From Candidatus Hydrogenedens sp. (GTDB lineage: Bacteria > Hydrogenedentota > Hydrogenedentia > Hydrogenedentales > Hydrogenedentaceae), in assembly GCA_049968235.1 (NCBI GenBank), contig JBMFRC010000003.1, positions 203,463-267,462 on the forward strand: a DNA stretch of 64,000 nt. The letters run 5' to 3'. Every line of letters starts with the position of its first letter. Position 1 is the first letter of the stretch. Under the pieces are notes generated by a model that was not told the DNA's origin, searched no databases, and was given only the letters and a program-made list of their open reading frames with translations. The position numbers and the translations under genes were made by a program. Positions 39,436-49,443 of the stretch are shown here, in pieces.

Positions 39436-40146
39436 TTGATTATATGTCGTTTATTAGGTGTAATTGCTAACAAAAGTGTAAGTTTTGGATTTTCATTCAG
39501 AAAATTTAAGGAATTCGGTGAAAAGAATCCGCATGGTTGGGGTGTCGGTTGGTATGACAGTTCCGGCAAAGCAAATATAAGAAAAGAAGGTTGCTTCTCA
39601 AAGAAAAGTAAAATCTATGACGATATATCTGATGTCCATTCTCATTTAATTATCGAACATGTGCAATATCGCACAACTGGCTCTGTGTGTGAAGAAAATG
39701 CTCATCCTTTTATATTCGCCAACTGGATATTTGCACACAATGGTTTTATAGACCATGATTCTTTATATGAAGAAATTGAACCTGATTATAGAACTGGATT
39801 AAGAAAAGATTGCACGGATTCAGAGGTATATTTCCGTTTCCTTTTGCAAAATATAAACAAGCAAAATGGTGATACCATTTTAGGTATTCGCAATGGATTA
39901 AAAGAAATTATTGGTAGCAACAATTATGGAAGTTTAAATTTCCTTCTTTCAAACGGACAATACTTATACGCCTATCGCAATGGAATGGAACTCTCCATGC
40001 TTAAACGGTTCTATGTTAATCCCCATGGCAATAAAGAATTTCAGGCACTCTCAAAGGAAACGCAGTTCCTTATAAAGAGCAAATCTCTAAACCGAGAAAA
40101 GGCGGTAGTAATTTGTTCTGAATCTATATCGGACGAAGCTAATTGA
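39436..40146 (+). CDS. class II (Ntn-type) glutamine amidotransferase, YafJ/EgtC-like
   Basis: 'CRLLGVIANKS...HGWGVGWYD' N-terminal nucleophile fold. Catalytic Cys is codon 4 of the TTG-started ORF. A strong SD AGGAGG (39428..39433) is positioned for initiation at ATA 39442, immediately before the Cys. Confidence 0.65.
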   Translation: MIICRLLGVIANKSVSFGFSFRKFKEFGEKNPHGWGVGWYDSSGKANIRKEGCFSKKSKIYDDISDVHSHLIIEHVQYRTTGSVCEENAHPFIFANWIFAHNGFIDHDSLYEEIEPDYRTGLRKDCTDSEVYFRFLLQNINKQNGDTILGIRNGLKEIIGSNNYGSLNFLLSNGQYLYAYRNGMELSMLKRFYVNPHGNKEFQALSKETQFLIKSKSLNREKAVVICSESISDEAN

Positions 40147-40348
40147 GAAGGAATAGGCCAGGGAGAATTAATCGTTATTGGTAACAATCTTAATATCACC
40201 AGAGAACAGATATACTAAAATTTACATAAAAAGTTTATATACACTTTTATTATTTAGTTTAAACAGCAGGGCCGGATTGTCAAAATAATAGAACAGGGAC
40301 AAATGGATATTTGTCCCTGTTGAATAAGGGTTCTTGTTTCAGATATAA

Positions 40349-42178
40349 CTAAAATGCTTCTGCAAATGCATCTGATGGTTCTGGCGGTTCTTCTTCTACT
40401 TTGGGTACCTCACGGGTTTTAATGAAAGGACCTGTTACCATGTCTTTGTATCCCATACCGGGACCCACCATTGGGAAAACGAGAGCTTTTTTATCAACCA
40501 CAACCTCAAGAAAAGCGGGACCGTTATCGAATTTAATGAACTCCTCAAGTGTTTTATGAAGTTCTTCACGATGTGTAACACGCTTTGAGAACTTAAACCC
40601 ATCCGCTTCCGCAGATTTGACAAAATCCTTTTTATGAAGGGATTTATCCGTGCCGGAAAATCGTCCTTCAAAGTAGAGTGTTTGCCATTGAACGACCATA
40701 CCATCACCGTGATTGTTCAACAACAATATTTTAACGGGTATATTGTAATTCGTGCATGTTTCCATTTCACCAAAGTTCATTCGCAGACTTCCATCTCCAT
40801 CAATATCAATTACAATTTTATTAGGTTTTGCCAGTTTAGCACCTATTGCCGAAGGTAGCCCAAATCCCATCGTTCCCATACTACCTGAGGTAATATAGGT
40901 TCGTGGATGTTTGATATGGAGATACTGTGCGGCGAATATCTGATGTTGACCGACGCCTGTGGTGAAGATGGCTTCTCCTTTTACAATATCATTTAACGCT
41001 TCTATGACTTCTGCGGGCTGTATTTTTTGAGCGTTACGGTCGTAGTTTAATGGGAATTCTTTTTTCAATTGTTGAACATGTTTAAGCCATGCATCATGCT
41101 TTAAGGTTATATTTTTCCCATATTGCATGAGCGATTTCAATGCCTTGCCCGCATCGCAGACATGCGACCAGACCACAGGTTTGACTTTACCTATTTCCGC
41201 TGCATCAATATCGATATGTAAAACTTTTGCGTTCGGAGCAAACTCACTGGCTAATCCTGCTACACGGTCATCAAACCGTGTTCCCACAGCAATAAGCAGG
41301 TCACAATCTAAAACGGCATAATTCGCATAGGCTGTTCCATGCATACCTAACATGTGCAGACAAAGGGGGTCATGTGTATTCATTGCTCCGATACCCATCA
41401 CTGTGGTTACAACTGGGATACGGAACATTTTCACGAATTCTTGTAATATGTGTGAAGCATTACTGGATATAATTCCGCCGCCAACATAAAGCAGAGGTCG
41501 TTTCGATGCTTTCAAAAGGGCAAAAAATTCTTTTGCCTCATCGGGAGTAATCTCGTTCTCGTTAATTTTTTGCATACGACTTTGATACCCATGAAGAGGG
41601 AGTAAACCTTTCCCTTTAAACACACATTCGTAATTCTGAACATCTTTTGGAACATCGATAACTACGGGACCGGGTCTGCCCGTTCGTGCAATGTAAAAGG
41701 CTGTTCTAACAATCTCCTCTAATTGTTCTGGCTCTTCCACTAAAAATACATGTTTGGCGCAGGAGGACATTAAATTAAATACAGGTGCTTCTTGAAAGGC
41801 GTCTGTGCCCACAGCGGAGCGAGCCACCTGACCACTAATCATAACCAGTGGTATAGAATCTGCCATCGCATCTCGTATTGGCGTAGTTGCATTGGTAGCA
41901 CCGGGACCTGAAGTAACTAATAACACACCAACCTCTCCCGATGCGCGGGCATAACCGGATGCCATAAAACCGGCTCCTTGTTCATTTGCCGGTACAATCA
42001 AATTTATGGGATGTCCTTTATGTTCACGATTCCAGCGAAAAATGGCATCATAAGTTGGTAATATCGCACCCCCACTATAACTGAAAATAACCTTTACCCC
42101 TTCATCAGCAAGCACCTGTAAAATTATCTCTGCCCCTTTCATTTTCGTACCTGCCAATTCATGCTTTTTTGTAACCAT
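40349..42178 (-). CDS. acetolactate synthase large subunit-like thiamine-diphosphate enzyme
   Basis: TPP_enzyme N/M/C domains and ThDP-binding motif 'GSMGTMGFGLPSAIGAKLA...DGDGSLRMN'. Acidic C-terminal extension. Confidence 0.75.
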   Translation of the reverse strand: MVTKKHELAGTKMKGAEIILQVLADEGVKVIFSYSGGAILPTYDAIFRWNREHKGHPINLIVPANEQGAGFMASGYARASGEVGVLLVTSGPGATNATTPIRDAMADSIPLVMISGQVARSAVGTDAFQEAPVFNLMSSCAKHVFLVEEPEQLEEIVRTAFYIARTGRPGPVVIDVPKDVQNYECVFKGKGLLPLHGYQSRMQKINENEITPDEAKEFFALLKASKRPLLYVGGGIISSNASHILQEFVKMFRIPVVTTVMGIGAMNTHDPLCLHMLGMHGTAYANYAVLDCDLLIAVGTRFDDRVAGLASEFAPNAKVLHIDIDAAEIGKVKPVVWSHVCDAGKALKSLMQYGKNITLKHDAWLKHVQQLKKEFPLNYDRNAQKIQPAEVIEALNDIVKGEAIFTTGVGQHQIFAAQYLHIKHPRTYITSGSMGTMGFGLPSAIGAKLAKPNKIVIDIDGDGSLRMNFGEMETCTNYNIPVKILLLNNHGDGMVVQWQTLYFEGRFSGTDKSLHKKDFVKSAEADGFKFSKRVTHREELHKTLEEFIKFDNGPAFLEVVVDKKALVFPMVGPGMGYKDMVTGPFIKTREVPKVEEEPPEPSDAFAEAF

Positions 42179-42332
42179 TGTGAAACTCCTTCTGTATAGG
42201 GTTGATATTTATAACAATTGAAAGTTATTTTTTATTTGAAACAATAGATAGATAATTTTAAAGTTAAGGCGCCGCAGAACAGGAATGTCTGCAGCGCCGA
42301 AATTTTCAATCTCCGCACTTTTCTGTGGGAAT

Positions 42333-44201
42333 TTATTCAGCAGGCGGAGGTTCTTCCGCTGGCGCCGCAGGTTCCGGCGCCTCACCTACACCTACCTCTG
42401 GGTTCTCCTTTGTATGAATTAATTCTTCCGCTACTTCTTCAATAGATTTTCCTTGTTGAAGAAGTTCTGTCGGCAAAACATCTTTTAACATAGAACCGAC
42501 ATCCACAGGTTCACCTGCGGTATGTGTTTGCATAATTTCACCTTCAAGGTCTTTCTGATATTCGCGAATGCTCAGTCCGACTTTCCGTTCCACAGGGCTT
42601 ATGCTAATAATTTTCGCCATAGCCCTCTGTCCAATATGAAGGAGATCTTCTGGACGCTGGACTTTCTCTAAGGACATTTCGCTTAGATGAATAAGTCCTT
42701 CGATTCCATTGTCCAACTTGGCAAAAGCACCGAAGCTAACCAATTTTGTTATCTCTACTTCGACATGTTTACCGATGGGCATTTCTTCGACCAGTTCCTG
42801 CCATGGGTCGGGTTCTAATTGTTTCAAACCGACACTGATTTTTTCCATTTCGGGGTCAATACTTAGTATCTTAACTTCCAATTCCTGGTCTTTGGTTAAT
42901 ACTTCTGCCGGATTGGTAATTTTCTTTGTCCATGAAATATCGCCTACATGCAGAAGTCCATCAATACCTTCTTCAATCTCAATAAATGCACCATAATCCA
43001 TTAAAGCACGAACATGACCTTTCACCACAGACCCTTCCGGATATTTTTCCGCCATTAGTTTCCATGGATTGGGTTGTGTTTGTTTCAATCCTAAGGATAT
43101 TTTTTGTTCTTCGGGGTCTACATGAAGCACCATAACATGGACTTCATCGCCAATATTCAATATTTCAGATGGATGCCTGACTCTGCGTGTCCAACTCATT
43201 TCACTAATATGTATCATTCCTTCAAGTCCATCGTCCATCTGAATGAATGCACCATAATCTGCAAGGCTTATCACGGTACCTGTAACAATAGAACCTACAG
43301 GATATTTCTCCTGGGCTGTTAACCACGGATTAGGCGTCTTCTGTTTCAAACCGAGACTTACCCGATGTGTATCAGGGTCATAGGTAAGTACCACCACATC
43401 AATCTTTTGCCCAATCTTTAACATCTGATGTGGATTTTTCGGTCTTCCCCATGTCATATCGGAAACATGGAGTAAACCATCTAAACCACCTAAATCAATA
43501 AAGGCACCGAAATCGGTGATGTTTTTCACTTCGCCCTGAACAATAGCACCTACCTTAATAGTTTCTAACAATTGTTTACGCTCTTCTTCTCTACGTTCTT
43601 CTAAAAGTTTCCGATGACTTACCACCACATTACGCCGCTTCGGATTAAGGCTCAAAATGCGTAATTCTAACCGCTTTCCAACAAACTCGTCAAGGTCAGC
43701 AATGGGTCTTGTGCTAACCTGACTTCCCGGTATAAAAGCATCAACACCAATATCCACTTTTAGACCGCCTTTGACCTTTCGAATAACGGTTCCCTCAATC
43801 ACACCCTCTTCTTCAAATACTTTCTGGACATATTCCCAGTTCTTGATACGGTCTGCCTTCGTTTTGGATAACACAGGCATTCCTTCTTCGTTTTCCGGAA
43901 CCTCAATGTAAAAGTCGTATGTGGCTCCCTCTTTCAATTCGGAACGGTCGGGAAAATCCGTTATTCTGACAACACCTTCACTTTTATAACCAATGTCTAC
44001 CAGAACACGGTCGTCCAGTATTGCAACTACTTGTCCTTTTATTACCTCACCTTCCTGAAAATGTAACATTCCCTCCTGGAGAAATTGGTCCACATCGGGT
44101 GCTGTCAAAAAAGAATTTAACTCTTCTTTTAATGACTGTGACAACGCCTGTGTTGCCATTTCATCCACTTTTGCATTAAGTTCTGAATACTTATAACCCA
44201 T
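42333..44201 (-). CDS. rpsA: 30S ribosomal protein S1
   Basis: 622 aa with six consecutive S1 domains (repeated 'G.V....DFGAF(V/I)'). Pro/Ala/Glu-rich tail. Confidence 0.9.
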   Translation of the reverse strand: MGYKYSELNAKVDEMATQALSQSLKEELNSFLTAPDVDQFLQEGMLHFQEGEVIKGQVVAILDDRVLVDIGYKSEGVVRITDFPDRSELKEGATYDFYIEVPENEEGMPVLSKTKADRIKNWEYVQKVFEEEGVIEGTVIRKVKGGLKVDIGVDAFIPGSQVSTRPIADLDEFVGKRLELRILSLNPKRRNVVVSHRKLLEERREEERKQLLETIKVGAIVQGEVKNITDFGAFIDLGGLDGLLHVSDMTWGRPKNPHQMLKIGQKIDVVVLTYDPDTHRVSLGLKQKTPNPWLTAQEKYPVGSIVTGTVISLADYGAFIQMDDGLEGMIHISEMSWTRRVRHPSEILNIGDEVHVMVLHVDPEEQKISLGLKQTQPNPWKLMAEKYPEGSVVKGHVRALMDYGAFIEIEEGIDGLLHVGDISWTKKITNPAEVLTKDQELEVKILSIDPEMEKISVGLKQLEPDPWQELVEEMPIGKHVEVEITKLVSFGAFAKLDNGIEGLIHLSEMSLEKVQRPEDLLHIGQRAMAKIISISPVERKVGLSIREYQKDLEGEIMQTHTAGEPVDVGSMLKDVLPTELLQQGKSIEEVAEELIHTKENPEVGVGEAPEPAAPAEEPPPAE

Positions 44202-44430
44202 GATTTAAAAAACTCCTTTCGGAAAAAAATATCCTGTTGTAAAAACAGGTAATTAATTATACTATTTTTATATAATTAAACTCAAATATTGTAAACAATA
44301 GTTTTTCATAATAAAAACAGATGATTTTTTATCGCGTTATCCTTGTCTGTTCCTATGGAACTTCTTTATACCAGAAGTATTATAGTAATAAAGAAATTAT
44401 GTGTTAAATTAAAAATTAAAATAAAAGGGA

Positions 44431-44652
44431 ATGAAAATGAACAAAAACTTACTCTTGAAAATTGTAAACTCAATCCTATTACTTTTATTTATAAGTCAGG
44501 CATGTTCAGGTCTTTTTCATCACGCACTCTCTCATAAAATGTTTGAAGTTATCCATGAGGGAGGAGGAATTGTTTTGGTTATAATGTCCTCTATACACCT
44601 TATTCTCAATTGGAACTGGATTCGTAACAACTTTTTGAGGATAAAACAATAA
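44431..44652 (+). CDS. small hypothetical secreted/membrane protein
   Basis: 73 aa with an N-terminal hydrophobic helix. Weak support. Confidence 0.25.
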   Translation: MKMNKNLLLKIVNSILLLLFISQACSGLFHHALSHKMFEVIHEGGGIVLVIMSSIHLILNWNWIRNNFLRIKQ

Positions 44653-44681
44653 GAAAAAAAGACTTTTTTACCGAGTATTTT

Positions 44682-45359
44682 TTACAGCACGCGTTCAAGG
44701 TAGATTTGGCGTAATAATTCCGCTTTTTGACGGACGCCTTTCTGGAGAATTTCGTTAGCACGGGGACAATTTGGATTTTTACGCAGTGCTGTTTGTGCGG
44801 ATTCAAGTTCGCGGTCAATTATGGAGACAGACCGCAATTGGCGAGAAAAATAACCTGTATTGTTCCTAAATATAGGGGATAAGGCAGACCCTAACAATTC
44901 TATCTCATGCCAGATATCTTTTTCTGGATTTTTTTCAACAGGAGTCTGAACTTTGGGTGTTGCCATTTGAACGGGGAAACCTGTTTTTCCCGTGGTATCG
45001 TCGAACAAAGAAGGATTGTAAGAAACCCCGAAAAGAATATACCCAACCATAAGCCAGATGGATAAACAAACTGCAACCAGGACCCGCGAATGTTTCTTTA
45101 CGGGTATTGTGTTTTGTTCCATTTTTTGCTTCTGTTCTCGAGCCCGTTTCAGGATTTCTATTGTTAATTCTTTGGGTGGGTCAACTTTGGGGGCGGAGTT
45201 TAAAAACCGTAACGATGAACAGATAGCATCCACTTCAGCAGAGCATTGGGGACATTGTGTTAAATGTCGGGCTATGCCGGAAAAGATAGGTCCACTTCCG
45301 TCTACTAAAGATTCAGCGTAAGTAATTAATTGCGTTCTTGTTGGATGTTTTAGCAACAT
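44682..45359 (-). CDS. zinc-binding (ZAS-type) anti-sigma factor with one TM helix
   Basis: 'HLTQCPQCSAE' matches the HxxxCxxC ZAS motif. TM 'VLVAVCLSIWLMVGYILFGV'. Directly downstream of an ECF sigma gene. Confidence 0.65.
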   Translation of the reverse strand: MLLKHPTRTQLITYAESLVDGSGPIFSGIARHLTQCPQCSAEVDAICSSLRFLNSAPKVDPPKELTIEILKRAREQKQKMEQNTIPVKKHSRVLVAVCLSIWLMVGYILFGVSYNPSLFDDTTGKTGFPVQMATPKVQTPVEKNPEKDIWHEIELLGSALSPIFRNNTGYFSRQLRSVSIIDRELESAQTALRKNPNCPRANEILQKGVRQKAELLRQIYLERVL

Positions 45360-45450
45360 GATATTTTTCGTATATTTTACTTCATATCCAAAATTATTTT
45401 ATCGTCACTATAATTAATCCGAAACCTGCGCCCAAAGTTTCGTAAAAAAA

Positions 45451-46155
45451 CTATTGTTCCGTCAAATATTCACGAAAATGTTCTAAATAAGGTCTCAAGG
45501 CTCTTTCTGCACGAAGGACCCGCGTTTTTGCTGTCCCCAATGGCACATCCAGAATATTTGCAATTTCCTCATAAGACAATTCCAGGAAACGGCGTAAAAC
45601 AAAGGCTTCCCTTTGCCGTTCGGGAATCTTTTTCAATGCATTATTAATCGCTTCTGAAATTTCTGTGCATTTTGTATCCCGCCATACATTCAGATGAGGG
45701 TCAGCATGATGTTCTACGGGATTCCAATTAGTGTCATCTTTAGAACTGTCCAGAGAATGCCACCATTGGGAAAGGCTAAAAAAGCGGGGTTTCCGATTTT
45801 GTTTGCTCCATTCCTTTGAGACAATATTACTGGCAATGGTATATAAATAAGTACTGAATTTCGCCGTTGGCTGGTAGCGTTCCGCACTGGATACTATTGC
45901 CATAAAAACCTCCTGAGTGAGTTCTTCTGCAATGTGCCAGTTATGGACCATGCGGAACATATAATTAAATATACTCCGTTCATATCGACGAACCAATTCC
46001 CCAAAAGCCTCTTCGTTCCCTTCGCCAAAAATAAGCATCAAATCCTCATCGCTCCAATCCGTGAGCGGGACAGCCCTCTCCTTCAGCCGAAGAACGTTTT
46101 TTTGCTCTGGCGTTACTATCTTAAAAGGAACAATATTTTCACGATGACTGTTCAT
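45451..46155 (-). CDS. RNA polymerase sigma-70 ECF subfamily factor
   Basis: Region 2 'VHNWHIAEELTQEVFM' and region 4 HTH 'ELSYEEIANILDVPLGTAKTRVLRA'. Confidence 0.8.
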   Translation of the reverse strand: MNSHRENIVPFKIVTPEQKNVLRLKERAVPLTDWSDEDLMLIFGEGNEEAFGELVRRYERSIFNYMFRMVHNWHIAEELTQEVFMAIVSSAERYQPTAKFSTYLYTIASNIVSKEWSKQNRKPRFFSLSQWWHSLDSSKDDTNWNPVEHHADPHLNVWRDTKCTEISEAINNALKKIPERQREAFVLRRFLELSYEEIANILDVPLGTAKTRVLRAERALRPYLEHFREYLTEQ

Positions 46156-46380
46156 GTAGCCGTATCTTTTTTGTTTTATTATATCATTCCATCAAATTTC
46201 ATTTCTAACAAAATAAGAAAATGCCTTTATAATCCATTATATTATAACGATTAAAAACAATCTCTTATTTAATTTAATGTATTAAGGTTGTAAATTAGTT
46301 TCATAATTTGTATAATAGAAAGTCTCTCTATATTTTTTTACAATTTGTGCGGATAATTATTACAGTTTAACGGAAGGTTT

Positions 46381-47040
46381 TTGTTCATGTATATAGGAAG
46401 AATTGTTTCTGTGGCACAAACAGAAGATGGTAGGCTTTGTGCTATGTATCGAGTATCCAGTCGCTCTTTTCCGAACCGTCAAGCGGTTTTGAATAACAAC
46501 AAAGTATCCATTATTCCGATGGCAGGGTATGAAACAGATGTTCAAAAAAATCCATACATTTCATACAATTGTCTAAGAAACATTTTAGAAGGTGAAGTGG
46601 CTGTATTAAGTAATGGAAGCCATACAGACCCGATTGCAGAAAAGATTATAAATGGCATGCCTACAAGAGATGCTATCGCTTTGACCTTAATGGCACTTGA
46701 TTTTGAAAAAGATGATTATGCGACACCTCGCATTGTTGCAGTCGTTGATAAAGCGGAAGGTTCAGGCTGGTTAGGTGTAGTTCGTTCCGATGGACTGGAA
46801 GTCCGTCGTATGGATTTGAAACCGGGTCGGTTCTTTTATGTCGCAACCTACGAGGAAAACTTTATCAGTTCCTGCCATAGTGGCGTTTTCCCTGCCATGT
46901 CAGCAGAAGAAGCCTGTGCCTTTATTTTAGGTGGAGGTGTCTTCTCAGAACGGACACATCCAATTACTGCTGTTACTGCAATGGCAACGGAGGATGGCTT
47001 TGACATTGTAATTCAAAATAGTCCTATTTTTGCTAAGTAA
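46381..47040 (+). CDS. purO: archaeal-type IMP cyclohydrolase PurO
   Basis: 'MYIGRIV...YRVSSRSFPNR', 'NPYISYNC', 'SNGSHTD', 'TPRIVAV', 'THPITAV' match the PurO family as recalled. The likely true start is the ATG at 46387. Confidence 0.65.
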   Translation: MFMYIGRIVSVAQTEDGRLCAMYRVSSRSFPNRQAVLNNNKVSIIPMAGYETDVQKNPYISYNCLRNILEGEVAVLSNGSHTDPIAEKIINGMPTRDAIALTLMALDFEKDDYATPRIVAVVDKAEGSGWLGVVRSDGLEVRRMDLKPGRFFYVATYEENFISSCHSGVFPAMSAEEACAFILGGGVFSERTHPITAVTAMATEDGFDIVIQNSPIFAK

Positions 47041-47092
47041 TTAAAATATACATCTATTGTACATAAATGCTTAAAACCAGAGGGGTCTGAGC

Positions 47093-48529
47093 ATGAAAGA
47101 TTATAACCAGTATATAAGTCCATTTGTTGAGCGATTTGCCACAAAAGAAATGATTGCTCTCTGGAGTCCACAAAAAAAATTTTCCACATGGAGAAGGTGC
47201 TGGCTTGCTCTGGCAGAAGCAGAAAAAGAGTTGGGGCTTGAAATTACAGATGAACAAATTGAAGAGTTGAAGAATCACCTTGATGATATTGACTTTGAAC
47301 AGGCTCGGAAATATGAAGAGAAAACAAGGCATGATGTGATGGCACACATCCTTACCTATGGAGATGTGGCACCTAAGGCAAAACCCATTATTCATTTAGG
47401 GGCTACCAGTTGCTTCGTTACGGATAATACAGACCTTATTTTATGTCGTGAAGCCCTTGTTCTCATTAGAAACAAAATTGTAGCAGTATTGAAAAGATTA
47501 AGAGATTTTGCCATTACATATAAAGACATGCCCGCTTTAGGTTTTACCCATTTTCAGCCGGCACAATTAGTAACTGTCGGTAAACGTGCATGTCTCTGGG
47601 CTCAGGACCTTGTCCTTGATTTCCAGCAAATAGAACATTTCCTTTCCACAATTAAATGCAGAGGAGTGAAAGGGGCAACAGGAACACAGGCATCTTTCCT
47701 GGTTCTGTTCAATGGAGACCATGATAAGGTGAAACAATTAGACCAGCGTGTGGCAGAAAAATTAGGTTTTGTAGAAACAATCCCTGTTACAGGGCAGACT
47801 TACACTCGAAAAATAGATACACAAATCCTCCAAATCTTAGCAGGTATTGGTGAATCTGTCCATAAATTTGGAACGGACCTTAGGCTGCTTCAAAACATGA
47901 AAGAAATGGAAGAACCCTTTGAAAAATCGCAGGTGGGTAGTTCTGCCATGCCCTATAAACGTAATCCCATGCGTGCAGAACGAGCATGTTCCTTAGCACG
48001 CTTTGTAATGGGCATCCCGATATATAGTGAATTTACAACGGCTGTCCAATGGATGGAACGCACCTTAGATGATTCTGCTATTCGCCGAATTATCATACCT
48101 GAATCTTTTATGGCAACAGACGGCATACTTAATCTGTATTTGAACATTATGGAAAATCCTGTTGTTTACCCAAAGGTAATTGAAAAACATGTCCGCGAAG
48201 AATTACCCTTTATGGCAACAGAAACACTTCTAATGGCAGGTGTAAAAAAAGGTGGAGACCGTCAAAAACTCCATGAAATTATTCGTAAACATGCACAATC
48301 TGCCGGTGAAAGAGTTAAAATGGAAGGAAAAGAGAATAACTTGTTGCAAGAACTTGCCCGGGACCCCGAGTTCCCGTTAAACGAGGAGGAAATCAACGCA
48401 TGTCTTGATGAAAAAGACTTTGTTGGAAGAGCACCGCAACAAGTAGCAGAATTCATAAATGAGGTGATAGAACCAATTTTACAAAAGTATTCCTCCGCGA
48501 TTGAAATTTCTTCTTCTATTTCCGTTTAA
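47093..48529 (+). CDS. purB: adenylosuccinate lyase
   Basis: Fumarate-lyase signature 'GSSAMPYKRNPMRAE'. 478 aa. Confidence 0.9.
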   Translation: MKDYNQYISPFVERFATKEMIALWSPQKKFSTWRRCWLALAEAEKELGLEITDEQIEELKNHLDDIDFEQARKYEEKTRHDVMAHILTYGDVAPKAKPIIHLGATSCFVTDNTDLILCREALVLIRNKIVAVLKRLRDFAITYKDMPALGFTHFQPAQLVTVGKRACLWAQDLVLDFQQIEHFLSTIKCRGVKGATGTQASFLVLFNGDHDKVKQLDQRVAEKLGFVETIPVTGQTYTRKIDTQILQILAGIGESVHKFGTDLRLLQNMKEMEEPFEKSQVGSSAMPYKRNPMRAERACSLARFVMGIPIYSEFTTAVQWMERTLDDSAIRRIIIPESFMATDGILNLYLNIMENPVVYPKVIEKHVREELPFMATETLLMAGVKKGGDRQKLHEIIRKHAQSAGERVKMEGKENNLLQELARDPEFPLNEEEINACLDEKDFVGRAPQQVAEFINEVIEPILQKYSSAIEISSSISV

Positions 48530-49011
48530 AAAGGCATTTAATTATCTATTTCCACATCCTTTTTCTACTCAATTTATGAGGTCTATAAATACTTTTCCAC
48601 AACTTATTCACATACTATTCCAACAGAATATCCTCAAAAGATTTCAAATGCTATTTTATTATTTATCAATGACTTATACTTGATTTTAGAATATTATTGA
48701 CAAAATTTCGTGTTTTATTTCTTGACAATTCACCAGTTTATTCACATCATTAAAAATACCTGTTTTTCGATATTTTCAATCCGATAAACCAAGAACAGAA
48801 AAAGTTAAAAATGAGTGTATAAAGTAGGAGAAAAGCTTAGAACAACCAGGCAAATACGACAGGTTTTTTGTAAATTATTGATAGCATATATAAACAATTT
48901 TTATATGCTTTTATCAATTTTCTGTTTCCTCCTGTGTAAAAAACTCACTTGTTATTTATCTGTGACCTTTGAACAAGTGGTGTAAGAGGTAATAAGGTAA
49001 TAGTATAAATT

Positions 49012-49340
49012 ATACAGGAGACCTCTGAACAATTCATGTAAGAAATTATGGTATAAACTACATATGTTTTTATGAGATAAAATCCCGATGAGAAATTAAA
49101 ATACAAGAGCCTATATCTCTACATTTACCTATTTTATTTGTTATTTTCTGTCAGTTCTTCTATTTTCTTATTACCTATGCATACCTCCCCCCTTACTTCC
49201 TTAATTCCCATACATCCGATTCAAATTATATGCTGTTATTAACAAGAAATGATAGGCTCCTCTCTCTGTGTCTGTCCGTGTCCTCCGTGGTGGGAAAAAT
49301 GTATTTCGCCACAGAGAACACAGAGACACACGGAGAAAAG
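49012..49340 (-). repeat. second, shorter copy of the CACAGAGA-unit/IS-derived repeat, in inverted orientation relative to the 18.2-18.6 kb copy
   Basis: The reverse complement aligns to 18243..18582. Examples: 'cctatcatttcttgttaa', 'catataatttgaa', 'ggatgtatggg(g)aattaagg', 'ttgtattttaatttct', 'gattttatctcataaaaacatat', 'gttcagaggtctc'. The transposase-fragment segment is absent. Confidence 0.45.
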
Positions 49341-49443
49341 GGAGAAGAAATCGTTCTACCGCTACCATTCAAATTACATGCGAAGGGAACACAAAGGTTT
49401 TTGAAAGAAAGATATAAGTGGAAAATTTAGGTATTGTTATGTT

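Noticed and set aside
39150-39440. Integrated element or integrase at the tRNA-Leu/tRNA-Lys locus
   Set aside because: Flanking genes are a macro-domain protein and a glutamine amidotransferase. No integrase, att-like tRNA 3' duplication or phage genes are visible.
39327-39569. 80-aa minus-strand ORF
   Set aside because: Overlaps tRNA-Lys and the 5' end of the glutamine amidotransferase gene. It is an artifact.
48963-49065. Possible CRISPR-like array (two ~45-bp related units), and the 36-bp pair at 61834..61935
   Set aside because: Only two units each, the units are degenerate in the first case, spacers do not have regular lengths, and there are no cas genes. They are treated as an IS-associated duplication and a promoter-region direct repeat respectively.
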